From the NCBI GenBank assembly GCA_016218585.1, contig JACRDK010000025.1, forward strand, positions 27,637 through 91,636: a stretch of DNA of 64,000 nt, read 5' to 3'. This DNA is from Candidatus Doudnabacteria bacterium (GTDB taxonomy: Bacteria; Patescibacteriota; Doudnabacteria; UBA920). Shown one piece after another: positions 1 through 8,692 of the stretch. Position numbers and translations under genes: made by a program. Position 1 is the first letter of the stretch. Each line of letters opens with the position of its first letter. The notes below the pieces were generated by a model that was not told the DNA's origin, did not search any database, and was given only the letters and a program-made list of their open reading frames with translations.

Positions 1-108
1 AAAAAAATTACCGCGCAATCCCCTGCCCCGTATTGATTGTATGAAATTAAATTTCCTTTTACTATTATTTGTTCCGGCATAATTAAATCATATCACTACC
101 TTATATTA

Positions 109-133
109 TGACAAAACTCCGGTTTAACCGGAG
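109..133 (-). terminator. Hairpin ctccggtttaaccggag followed by a T-run on the minus strand. Likely terminator of the tRNA-Pro transcript.
   Basis: Perfect 8-bp inverted repeat 117-133, with an A-run at 111-116 on the plus strand (a U-run on the minus strand). Confidence 0.5.
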
Positions 134-239
134 CCTTACCGTGGCCGATATGTCTGTTAATTCGGCTCTTAAATGCCCTATCAGACAACAGAACCGCCAA
201 GCTGACATTAAACTTAAAATGATTAGCTTGTCGAATCCG

Positions 240-313
240 TGGTCGGGATGCTGGGAATCGAACCCAGTCTCCACGCACCCGAAGCGTGTGTACTACCGGT
301 ATACTACATCCCG
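240..313 (-). tRNA. tRNA-Pro (anticodon CGG)
   Basis: Hand-folded cloverleaf. T-loop TTCGATT, anticodon loop TTCGGGT, acceptor CGGGATG/CATCCCG, and 3' CCA is encoded. Confidence 0.85.
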
Positions 314-404
314 AAAACTAAATAATTATAGCTATTTTTGACTATTTTGGCAATGCTTATACACAAATTAAAACCCGCCTCAATGGGCGGGAGTTTTGTT
401 GAAT

Positions 405-480
405 TGGTGGACCCTACCGGATTTGAACCGGTCGCCTCTTCCATGCCATGGAAGCGCTCTACCAAATGAGCTAAGGGCCC
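405..480 (-). tRNA. tRNA-Ala (anticodon GGC)
   Basis: Cloverleaf with the G3:U70 Ala identity pair, anticodon loop ATGGCAT, T-loop TTCAAAT, and CCA encoded. A terminator hairpin lies at 371-399. Confidence 0.85.
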
Positions 481-486
481 AAAATA
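454..486. repeat. 33-nt direct repeat, copy 1. Covers the tRNA-Ala 5' half plus 6 nt of leader.
   Basis: gcgctctaccaaatgagctaagggcccaaaata is identical to 765-797. Confidence 0.9.
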
Positions 487-731
487 ATTTGCTCTTGCAC
501 TATTTTCTTAATAATTTCTTTGTTTTTATAATTTTTTAGCCTCAATTCTGTCTGCACCGCTTCTTCTCTTGATGAATACTGTTGTTTAAAAACTAGCCTC
601 CAAGGAATTCCATATTTAATGGATTTTGTCTTTCCTGAATTATGCTCAATAACTCTGTTTTCAGGATAGGCTGAAGACCCTATATAAAACCTACCATTTT
701 CATTTTGCAATATATAAACCCAGCAAATCAT
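471..731 (-). CDS. Small GIY-YIG nuclease domain protein (YhbQ/UPF0213-like). Start taken at the internal Met (MICWVYILQ...). The C-terminus overlaps the tRNA-Ala 5' end.
   Basis: Motif GRFYIGSSAYPENRVIEHNSG is the canonical GIY-YIG signature. The ~87-aa size is typical of the family. Confidence 0.75.
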   Translation of the reverse strand: MICWVYILQNENGRFYIGSSAYPENRVIEHNSGKTKSIKYGIPWRLVFKQQYSSREEAVQTELRLKNYKNKEIIKKIVQEQIILGP

Positions 732-764
732 ATAGTTCCTGTCGCCTCCCCGATGTACATCGGG

Positions 765-797
765 GCGCTCTACCAAATGAGCTAAGGGCCCAAAATA
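765..797. repeat. 33-nt direct repeat, copy 2. An orphan tRNA-Ala 5' half followed by the hairpin ccccgatgtacatcgggg, located upstream of the GIY-YIG gene.
   Basis: Exact 33/33 match to 454-486. The copies diverge immediately outside the repeat. Confidence 0.9.
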
Positions 798-841
798 TAT
801 GCCTTGATATTCTACATCATATTTCGTTTTCTTTCAATCCC

Positions 842-1201
842 CTATTGAGCCAATTGAACTTTAACTTGCCTGCCATCTGGCAAAATAATCGTCGTATCGC
901 CTGCTTGCTGACTACTGGTGCCGCTTTGTTGATTCTCCCCGCCAATATTCATTACTCTTTTCGCTTCATTAAAGAATAGTTGATAGTCTTTTAATTGCTG
1001 CTTAAATTGCGCGGTTAAGCCTAACTTATTTAAAAACCATCCTAAAATTACAGCAACTAAAGCCAAACCAACAATATAACCAAGAGCCGAAAACATGCCG
1101 TTAAAAAAAGATCTCCAAATTCCAGGACTCTTTTTTGCTTTAATTTCCGTTAAATGCAAGTTAATTCCCGAAAGGTAATTTTTTAGCTCTGGGTCTAACA
1201 T
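842..1201 (-). CDS. Hypothetical membrane protein (119 aa)
   Basis: ORF with a central hydrophobic segment and no recognisable motif. Confidence 0.4.
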   Translation of the reverse strand: MLDPELKNYLSGINLHLTEIKAKKSPGIWRSFFNGMFSALGYIVGLALVAVILGWFLNKLGLTAQFKQQLKDYQLFFNEAKRVMNIGGENQQSGTSSQQAGDTTIILPDGRQVKVQLAQ

Positions 1202-1230
1202 AAATTTTGTTTTGTTATTTTAATATTTTC

Positions 1231-1305
1231 TGGTGCCCTCGGCAGGAATCGAACCTACATCTCATCCTTAGGACGGATTTGCTCTATCCATTGAGCTACA
1301 AGGGC
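1231..1305 (-). tRNA. tRNA-Arg (anticodon CCT)
   Basis: Cloverleaf with D-arm GCTCAATGGATAGAGC, anticodon loop GTCCTAA, T-loop TTCGATT, and CCA encoded. Confidence 0.8.
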
Positions 1306-1427
1306 GACACAACTGTGAAAATTATAACATAAATATACTACTTATGTTAGAATCAAGGAGGATTGTTAAATTATGAAAATTTATTATTTATACAATAAAT
1401 ATTTAAAATAGTCAACTTATTATATAA

Positions 1428-2822
1428 ATGCCAAATCTTCCTATAAATAAGCTAAATATTGCCAAAGCTTTCTATCTCCTTTTTTTAGCAAGCCTTTTCT
1501 TCCCTTTAAGGTTCGTCTTTCCTACTAAAGATGCCTTTGAAACAGGAGCTTATTCTGATTTTACTTCAATTTCCTTATATTTAAGCGATATTTTTTTATT
1601 TTTGACTCTTTTATTTCTCTTTCTACCACGTGGGATTGCCTCTCTACCACGTGGTGAGGGTATTCCACCACGTGGTGAGATAGATATATCACGTGGTAGA
1701 ATTGCTTTTTTACTTAAAAATAAGCCATTATCTTTATTTATATTTTGTTTTTGGCTTATTTTAGGCTTATTTTGGCATTTTAAAACTCTTTCGGAAATAA
1801 ACTGGTGGTTCTTCTTTAAATACCTTGAATTAATTGTTGCATATGGAACAACTGCCTATTTGTTCAGAGAAACATCAATAAAAACCACATTTCTTAAGGT
1901 TTTTGTGTTTTTCTCAAGTTTTCAATCGATTTTGGCAATTTCACAGTTTTTTGCGCAAAAATCCATAGGATTGCAAAAAATAGGGGAACAGGTACTATCT
2001 CCTAGCATTTTGGGAATTGCTAAAATTGTTTCAAGTGGAACAACCTACATTAGAGGGTACGGAACCTTTCCGCATCCAAATTTACTTTCAGCCTTTCTAT
2101 GTGTTAGTTTAATAATCTGCTTGCACCTGCTTGTATCCAGCCGGAAGCCAATTGAAAAGATTAGTTACTTAGCTCTATTGATAATTAATGCAGTTGGGTT
2201 AACGGTAACTTTTTCCAGAGCTGGATTTTTAGGAGCCGGGGTTGCCATACTTATATTTTTTGGATTATTCTCATGGAAAAATTGGCAAAGTAATATTAAA
2301 ACAATTCTTTATTCGCTATTAATTATGGCCTTGCTAGGCTTGGGTCTAATTTTAATTTTTAAACCTTTCTTAGAAAGCAGGGCAACAGTTAGCGATCAAG
2401 CTTCGCTTGAGCGAATCTTTTACGCCAAAACTGCCTGGCAAATGATAAAACACCAGCCAATCTTTGGCGTTGGCATAGGGGAGAGTGTGATTCACATGCA
2501 ACAATACACTCAAATAAAACTTTGGCCGTGGCAAATCCAACCGGTCCATAACTATTTTATTTTAGCGACTGCCGAACTTGGCTTTCCTGGGGCCATTATT
2601 TTGCTCTGGATATTTTTCGCGCACATTAAAATTATTATTTTGAATTTAAAGAAAGAATTTTCTGAATATTCATTCCTACTGCTTGCGATTTTTCTGCCAT
2701 TCCTTATTCTCATGCAATTTGATCATTACTTTTATACTTTACAGCAAACCCAAATGCTACTTTGGATATTTTTGGGAATAATTCTTAGCCAACAAAAAAC
2801 TCCCCAAACAAGGGAGTTATAA
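1428..2822 (+). CDS. O-antigen ligase / Wzy_C family polytopic membrane protein. Contains an internal PRG-repeat segment.
   Basis: Multiple TM helices. FSRAGFLGAGVAILIFF resembles the Wzy_C core motif. Confidence 0.6.
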   Translation: MPNLPINKLNIAKAFYLLFLASLFFPLRFVFPTKDAFETGAYSDFTSISLYLSDIFLFLTLLFLFLPRGIASLPRGEGIPPRGEIDISRGRIAFLLKNKPLSLFIFCFWLILGLFWHFKTLSEINWWFFFKYLELIVAYGTTAYLFRETSIKTTFLKVFVFFSSFQSILAISQFFAQKSIGLQKIGEQVLSPSILGIAKIVSSGTTYIRGYGTFPHPNLLSAFLCVSLIICLHLLVSSRKPIEKISYLALLIINAVGLTVTFSRAGFLGAGVAILIFFGLFSWKNWQSNIKTILYSLLIMALLGLGLILIFKPFLESRATVSDQASLERIFYAKTAWQMIKHQPIFGVGIGESVIHMQQYTQIKLWPWQIQPVHNYFILATAELGFPGAIILLWIFFAHIKIIILNLKKEFSEYSFLLLAIFLPFLILMQFDHYFYTLQQTQMLLWIFLGIILSQQKTPQTREL

Positions 2823-2865
2823 TTCTGTAGGTTTCGGTAGTGTTTCAATTTCGTGGTTCTGTAGT

Positions 2866-3342
2866 TTATTTATGGTATTCTTTGCCGGCCAAGATTGTAC
2901 AAGCTCTATAAATTTGTTCTTCTAAAAGAATCCTTGCCATATTATGAGGGAAAGTAAGAGGGGACAAAGAAATTGAATAATTGGAATAACTTTTTAAACT
3001 AGAATGCAGCCCAACACCGCTGCCAATTACAAAAATTAATTCTTTGCCCAAGCCGCCAGTTCTTTCTAAAAATGTTGCAAAATCAGGAGAATTTCTTAAA
3101 GTTCCTTTTTCTTCAAGCAAAATAACTATTCCATTTTCCGGCAATTGCTTAATTATTTTTTCCGCTTCTTGTTCTTTAATTTTTTCTATTTCCTGATTTT
3201 TACCATAGCCAATTTCGGGTAATTCAATTACCTTAATTTTAGCAAAAGGGGATAAGCGCTTTAAATATTCCGCTTCCAATTCTTTGTAAGCTGATTCCTT
3301 AAATTTTCCTAAAACAATAATCTTTATTTTAAACATATTCAA
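2866..3342 (-). CDS. rlmH: 23S rRNA (pseudouridine1915-N3)-methyltransferase RlmH (SPOUT)
   Basis: ~155-aa SPOUT protein. The C-terminal LSLSPLTFPHNMARILLEEQIYRA is characteristic of RlmH/YbeA. Confidence 0.8.
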   Translation of the reverse strand: MNMFKIKIIVLGKFKESAYKELEAEYLKRLSPFAKIKVIELPEIGYGKNQEIEKIKEQEAEKIIKQLPENGIVILLEEKGTLRNSPDFATFLERTGGLGKELIFVIGSGVGLHSSLKSYSNYSISLSPLTFPHNMARILLEEQIYRACTILAGKEYHK

Positions 3343-3373
3343 ATAATACTACTGAATGCTCAATTTGAGCAAA

Positions 3374-3412
3374 TTAAAAAACAGCCTTCCGGTAAAGAAG
3401 GCTGTTTTTTAA
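3374..3412. terminator. Bidirectional rho-independent terminator
   Basis: Hairpin aacagccttccggtaaagaaggctgtt flanked by an A-run and a T-run. Confidence 0.75.
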
Positions 3413-3420
3413 TTTAGGAA

Positions 3421-6400
3421 CTACTTTTTAAACAAAGCTCCGGCCTGCGCCCAATTATCTGTCTTGGAAAGAGATAAGGTAGCGGCGACTGCGGAAGTTG
3501 TGGTTTGAATTTTGTAAGCCATAGCTAAAGGTTGATAGGTGCTGGCATTTTCATTTGTTACCGCAACCAGAGTAAACCCTGATCCTGCGCTGGTAACTTC
3601 GGTGTTGTCATGAGTACCCGCGGAAATTACCAGTTCGCCAGTTGCTACAGGAGTCATATTGCCGGAGGAAGGAGTGGAGCTGCGGCCAGTTGCGCCTGCT
3701 GTTTTGTCTAATGGCGCAGAAGTATTGGCCCCGGTAAATTCCGCAACAATAATTGAAAGCTCGCTGCCGCCGGATGCGGTTTTAAAAGTGATTGTATCGC
3801 TGCCGCCGGCAACATTTTTTGCGTAGTAAATTCCAGTATAAGCTCCGCCGGAAGTTTTTCTGGTAGTTCCGGCAAGGGTATATACATTACCAAGGCTGTC
3901 TGTGATTGCGGTGGCTGCTGGCGCGCTGGGCCAGCTGGAAATTGCTACTACAATTAAATTCCCGGCAGTAACTGGCGATGCTAAAGCAACAGTGGCCTGT
4001 GAAGTATTTAGTACATTATTTGAGCCTTTTTGTACCAGCGTTATTGAAGTTGGGGCTGTGTTTGAAACTGTAACATTTACAGTGGCGCTGGTGCCAACAT
4101 TGCCAGCCAGGTCATAGGCCTTGGCAATAATCGCATGAGATGCGTTATTGGACTGAGTAGTGTCATAAGACCATGCATACGGGGTGGAGGTATCTGTAGC
4201 CTTTAAAACTCCATCCAGATAAAATTCAACTCTAACTACACCCACATTATCCGAGGCTGATGCCGCAACATTAACGGTACCGGAAACAGCTGCTCCGTCT
4301 GTAGGGGAAGTAATGCTAACTATTGGGGCAGTGGCATCCGGAGCACTTGCAGTGGTGAATGTAAAATCTCCCGAGGCCGCAAGATTGCCCGCCGCGTCTT
4401 TTGACCTAACCCGAAAATGATAGGTTGTTGCGGCTGATAATCCGCTCAACAAAACAGAGTGAGAAACTGTAAGGTTTGTGTCTAGCGATGAAAGAGTGCC
4501 ATAACTTATTGTTGGCCCAAATTCTACCTGAGAATCAGAATTTTCATTAGTGGCCCAGGCAATTGTTGCTTGGGCAACGATTATTGAAGAAGAGGCAACG
4601 GAAGAAATTACCGGAGGTGTTACGTCTGCCTGGGTCTGCGTAGTTGCGCTTGCCGGATTTGACTGTGCAGAGTAATTTCCGGCTGCGTCAAAAGCGTCTA
4701 CCATGTAAGAATAAGTGGTTCCGGAATTTAAGCCTGAGTTGTTATAACTTGCTGATGTTGTAGTTGCAATTTGTACGCCATTTCTGTACACACGATAACC
4801 GACAACGCCTACGTTATCTGTAGCAGCTGTCCAAGTCAAACTTATTGTGGATACAGAGGTTGCGGTCGCAATAAGATTGGTTGGAACCGTTGGCGCAGTT
4901 GTGTCAGGCGTTATTGTTCCCACAGTAACCGCCACATCAACCCAATAATTTGTCGCCATATAAGACGATGACGGGAACACTCTGGAAGACCCATATGCAT
5001 ACAGGCCGGCATTTACCGGAGCGTGAAGGGGAGAGTTATCATACTTCACGGTGAAATAATTTTTATCAAACGCATAGTGAGCAGAAGGCGCATGGTAAGA
5101 AACAACATAAGTTGTGCCTGCGGTAATTGCTACTGGCGAAGACAGGGTAACTGTTTGCCAGCCTGAAGAAGTTTCATTGCTGGCAGTGCCGCTTGCTAAA
5201 AGAGTGCCACTGTTGCTCCACAAAGCAACCGTATGGGTTCCGGTGTTTGCCGCAGACTTATAAAATTTTATAGCTGTAACTTGTCCGGCAAAATCAGAAG
5301 TAAACTTTATGCCCAATTCAACCGAACTGTCTGTACCAACATCAGCCACAGTTGGAACATTAGAACCAAACAGTGTATAAGTTTGGGAGGCGCTGGCTAA
5401 AGTGGATGTAGCAAAGCCGGCAGACAGCGCGGAATAATTTCCAGAAGCGTCAAAAGCGCTTACGTTATAGGTATAAGCGGTACTAGCCGAAAGACCGGTA
5501 TTGCTATAACTTAACGCTGTTGTGGTGGCAATTTGCACACCGCCGCGGAACAATTTATAACCCGCTACGCCGACATTGTCGGTAGAAGCTGACCAGGATA
5601 AATTAATTGAAGAGGAGGTAACATTCGTAGCGGTTAACCCTGTTGGAACAGACGGCGCTGATAAATCTGGATTTAAAGTTGTCGCCGAAACGCTGCCAGA
5701 TTGAGCAGAAATATTTAATGATGCGTCGTAAGCCGCAACTGTATAGGCATACTGAGTTCCCGCTGCAAGTCCGCCATCGGCATAGTTAAGGGCTGTTGTA
5801 GTGGCGACTAAATTGCCGTCTCTAAAAATTTGATATCCGGCAACCCCCACGTTGTCGGTTGCCGCAGACCAAGACAAATTAATTACCGCAGCGGAAACCG
5901 GTTGAGCAGTTAGGTTTGCCGGAATAGATGGAGCTTCTATGTCTGGACTAAACGTGGTCGCGTTTGAAGCTGTCGACTGCGCTGAAGAATTACCAGCTGC
6001 ATCGTAAGCGGATACGGTATAGCTATACTGCGTGCCAGCAGAGAGATTCATATCTGCAAAATTGGTTATTGTCGTGGTGGCAATTTGCAAGCCATCGCGA
6101 AAAACTTTGTAACCCGCAACCGAAACATTGTCGGTACTAGCAGACCATGACAGATTAATTTGAGTAGTAGACACAGGCGAAGCTGAAAGATTTGTCGGAA
6201 CTGAGGGACTGGTGGTGTCAGGGGCATTATTTAAAACTATCGCTTTATAGTACAGGGTGGCATGATGATCATATCCGGCTGTGCCGTCATTTTCATCGTA
6301 AAAAAGCACGTCGATAATTCCCGGGTTATTATCACGCAAGGGATCAAAACGCACTGAGGCAGAACCGTCTAATCCGGGAGTTCCGGCTGTAGTATTGGTG

Positions 6401-7626
6401 CTATTGCGCGGGTCAAGCTGGGAATATGCGCTCCAAGAATTTCCAGGGCCGCCAATTTGATATTCATAGCCGCCACCCGAAATATTAATATCGTGGCCAA
6501 GAAAAACCCAAGGATCTCCGGTTTGAGAATAATACATTTGGGGCGAGTGAGTGTACCATGTTCCATTAGGGTTGCTTGGTCCGCCTGCTGTTCCTGGGGG
6601 AGTATTATCGGTCCATACTCCGGTAGAATTGCGATAACGCAAACGAACATAATTGTCCGGACCATTTGGGACACCATCTAAATATAAAACATGAGGCTGG
6701 CTATTTAAGTCTGTAGTAATGTTTGGACCCTGGTCGTCATTGGTAGTAGACAATACTAAGCTATCTCCAGCGCTAACTGTTTCTACCGCACTCCAAACGC
6801 CGCTTGCGTCTCTATGCGCATACTTAATAATTGAATGGGTTGCCAAAGAATTATCCAGCCAGGCCGCATGAAGCGTGCCGTCTAAAGCGGTAACTAATGA
6901 TCCGTGCATAACATTCGTACCGGTTGCGATTGTCGTTGGAGAGCTCCAAGTCCCGCCAATCTTATTTACATACCTCATACTATTTGAGGTGCCGGAGCTG
7001 GGATAAATAATATTAGGAACATCGTTTGCGTCCAAAGTCATTGCCAACTGACCGGTACGGGTCCATCCGGTTCCGGAGGAAGTTAAGGCGCCTGTTGCCG
7101 CAACTTCTCGAGCGCCCCAAGTATCGGTTATAGTTGAATAAGTCTGATAATAGACGTTTCCATTACTGCCATCAATATAAGCGACACCAATTATACCATT
7201 AGAGTTTAAACGAATATCCGGACTAAGCAGGGTTGACGCAACGCCTCCGGCAAACACACAGCTTCCGCTTACTGCAGCGGTCGGACGGTTTGCCGCATCT
7301 TGTTCTGTAAAACTAGTTGGCACCGCGCTATTACTAGCTTGTGCGCCAAGGCCCTTCCAAATATGAATAACGCCTTTCCCTCCGACTTGGCAAGGATTAT
7401 CATCTGCGGTTACAACGTAAACCACATTATTACTTGTGCGAACAACTTGCCTGGTAGTGTGCTCAACAAATCCGGAACCCACTGTTAACCCAACCTGGCT
7501 TGCCGCCGGAACTGGGGTAGGGGCTGCGGCATAGGCATTCAAGCCGCCGGCTAAAAACAAAAAAAGAATACTGGACAAAAAACTTATTTTTTTTCCAATA
7601 CCCTTAAAAAACAACACATTGTTCAT
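3421..7626 (-). CDS. Giant secreted surface protein (1401 aa). Has a signal peptide, three or more tandem fibronectin-III-like modules, a DUF4082-like domain, Ig-like (Big) domains, and an N-terminal beta-rich region.
   Basis: N-terminal signal peptide with an AYAAAP cleavage-like site. Repeated ~95-aa units (INLSWSA.TDNVGVAGY.[IVL]FR.G...GN.SAQS). DSSVELGIKFTSDFAGQVTAIKFYK is DUF4082-like. Ser/Thr-rich throughout. Confidence 0.7.
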   Translation of the reverse strand: MNNVLFFKGIGKKISFLSSILFLFLAGGLNAYAAAPTPVPAASQVGLTVGSGFVEHTTRQVVRTSNNVVYVVTADDNPCQVGGKGVIHIWKGLGAQASNSAVPTSFTEQDAANRPTAAVSGSCVFAGGVASTLLSPDIRLNSNGIIGVAYIDGSNGNVYYQTYSTITDTWGAREVAATGALTSSGTGWTRTGQLAMTLDANDVPNIIYPSSGTSNSMRYVNKIGGTWSSPTTIATGTNVMHGSLVTALDGTLHAAWLDNSLATHSIIKYAHRDASGVWSAVETVSAGDSLVLSTTNDDQGPNITTDLNSQPHVLYLDGVPNGPDNYVRLRYRNSTGVWTDNTPPGTAGGPSNPNGTWYTHSPQMYYSQTGDPWVFLGHDINISGGGYEYQIGGPGNSWSAYSQLDPRNSTNTTAGTPGLDGSASVRFDPLRDNNPGIIDVLFYDENDGTAGYDHHATLYYKAIVLNNAPDTTSPSVPTNLSASPVSTTQINLSWSASTDNVSVAGYKVFRDGLQIATTTITNFADMNLSAGTQYSYTVSAYDAAGNSSAQSTASNATTFSPDIEAPSIPANLTAQPVSAAVINLSWSAATDNVGVAGYQIFRDGNLVATTTALNYADGGLAAGTQYAYTVAAYDASLNISAQSGSVSATTLNPDLSAPSVPTGLTATNVTSSSINLSWSASTDNVGVAGYKLFRGGVQIATTTALSYSNTGLSASTAYTYNVSAFDASGNYSALSAGFATSTLASASQTYTLFGSNVPTVADVGTDSSVELGIKFTSDFAGQVTAIKFYKSAANTGTHTVALWSNSGTLLASGTASNETSSGWQTVTLSSPVAITAGTTYVVSYHAPSAHYAFDKNYFTVKYDNSPLHAPVNAGLYAYGSSRVFPSSSYMATNYWVDVAVTVGTITPDTTAPTVPTNLIATATSVSTISLTWTAATDNVGVVGYRVYRNGVQIATTTSASYNNSGLNSGTTYSYMVDAFDAAGNYSAQSNPASATTQTQADVTPPVISSVASSSIIVAQATIAWATNENSDSQVEFGPTISYGTLSSLDTNLTVSHSVLLSGLSAATTYHFRVRSKDAAGNLAASGDFTFTTASAPDATAPIVSITSPTDGAAVSGTVNVAASASDNVGVVRVEFYLDGVLKATDTSTPYAWSYDTTQSNNASHAIIAKAYDLAGNVGTSATVNVTVSNTAPTSITLVQKGSNNVLNTSQATVALASPVTAGNLIVVAISSWPSAPAATAITDSLGNVYTLAGTTRKTSGGAYTGIYYAKNVAGGSDTITFKTASGGSELSIIVAEFTGANTSAPLDKTAGATGRSSTPSSGNMTPVATGELVISAGTHDNTEVTSAGSGFTLVAVTNENASTYQPLAMAYKIQTTTSAVAATLSLSKTDNWAQAGALFKK

Positions 7627-7801
7627 AAAATATTTTTAATTATTATTTTGAACTTGATTGGATAATAACCCGAGCAGGGGAATATTGCAACAACCCTATA
7701 ATCCACAGGACTGCGGGCTATTTTACAGCCCAATCCCTTTACCAAAATCCCCAGATGAGTTAAAATTAGTCAGTATTTAATAGGAAAATATTAAACGCCG
7801 T

Positions 7802-7875
7802 GGGCCTGTAGTAAAGTGGTATTACGCGGCATTCGCATTGCCGAGGCGGGGGTTCGATTCCCCCCAGGTCCACCA
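7802..7875 (+). tRNA. tRNA-Ala (anticodon CGC)
   Basis: G3:U70 pair, anticodon loop TTCGCAT, T-arm GGGGG-TTCGATT-CCCCC, and CCA encoded. Confidence 0.85.
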
Positions 7876-7916
7876 AAGAAAAATCCCGATTTAAAAAATC
7901 GGGATTTTTCTTTGGT
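7876..7916. terminator. Bidirectional terminator
   Basis: Hairpin aaaaatcccgattt...aatcgggattttt. Confidence 0.75.
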
Positions 7917-7927
7917 GTGAAAAAAAT

Positions 7928-8689
7928 TTATTTAAAAAATTCTTTGCGAATAGTTTGGACGTGATGAATAAAATCCGCTTCCAGCTCGCGCCTAGGGTAG
8001 GGAAGCTCTATATTATAAATATTTTTTTCTTTTCCCGACTTCATTAACATAATTCTTCCGGCCAAGCTTACTGCCTCTTCTATAGAGTGGGAAACCATAA
8101 CTATTGTCTTTTTTGTTGTTTTCCAAATTTTTATTAAATCTTTATGCAGTTCTTCCGTAGTTCCTGTGTCCAAAGCGGAAAATGGTTCATCGAGCAGCAA
8201 AACTTTTGGACTAACCGCCAGCGCCCTGGCTAAACCCACGCGCTGCCGCTGTCCGCCGGAGAGGTCTCGCGGATATTTGTTTTCGTAATCGGACAATCCA
8301 ACCATTTCAATAAATTTATAAGCTTCTTCTTTCATCCAGGCGTTGCTTACCCCTTTGGCCTTTAACCCCAAGCAGACATTTTCAAAAACATTTAGCCATG
8401 GCAGCAGCGCGCCGCTCTGAAAGACCATCGCCACCTTGTCTGGCTTTACAACTTCCCCGGAAGTTTCTTCTTCCAAGCCGGCAATAATTTTTAAAATGGT
8501 TGATTTCCCGCAGCCGGACGGGCCAACAATGCAAAAAAATTCTCCATCGGCCACTTCAAAATTTAAACCGGCCAAGCTTGGCAGCGGGTTGCCGGAATAA
8601 ATTTTTGCAACATCTTTAAAGCTAATTAAATTTATAGCCTTAACGCTTTCTTCCGCATGCTGTTCAGTTTTCTTTGCTTCAGTTTGCAT
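7928..8689 (-). CDS. ABC transporter ATP-binding protein (NitT/TauT/SsuB-like)
   Basis: Walker A GPSGCGKST, signature LSGGQRQRV, and Walker B LLLDEPFSALD. Confidence 0.85.
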   Translation of the reverse strand: MQTEAKKTEQHAEESVKAINLISFKDVAKIYSGNPLPSLAGLNFEVADGEFFCIVGPSGCGKSTILKIIAGLEEETSGEVVKPDKVAMVFQSGALLPWLNVFENVCLGLKAKGVSNAWMKEEAYKFIEMVGLSDYENKYPRDLSGGQRQRVGLARALAVSPKVLLLDEPFSALDTGTTEELHKDLIKIWKTTKKTIVMVSHSIEEAVSLAGRIMLMKSGKEKNIYNIELPYPRRELEADFIHHVQTIRKEFFK

Positions 8690-8692
8690 ATT

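Noticed and set aside
117-250. tmRNA-like start (GGATTCGAC) immediately after tRNA-Pro
   Set aside because: Only a 9-nt resemblance. No tRNA-like 3' domain, resume codon, tag ORF or pseudoknots, and far too short.
96-341. ORFs 96..278(-) and 108..341(+)
   Set aside because: They overlap tRNA-Pro and its trailer, and have no RBS or coding signal. The tRNA fold explains the region.
3708-7488. Short ORFs on both strands inside the 1401-aa gene
   Set aside because: They are embedded in one long, repeat-supported reading frame with a signal peptide and are composition artefacts.
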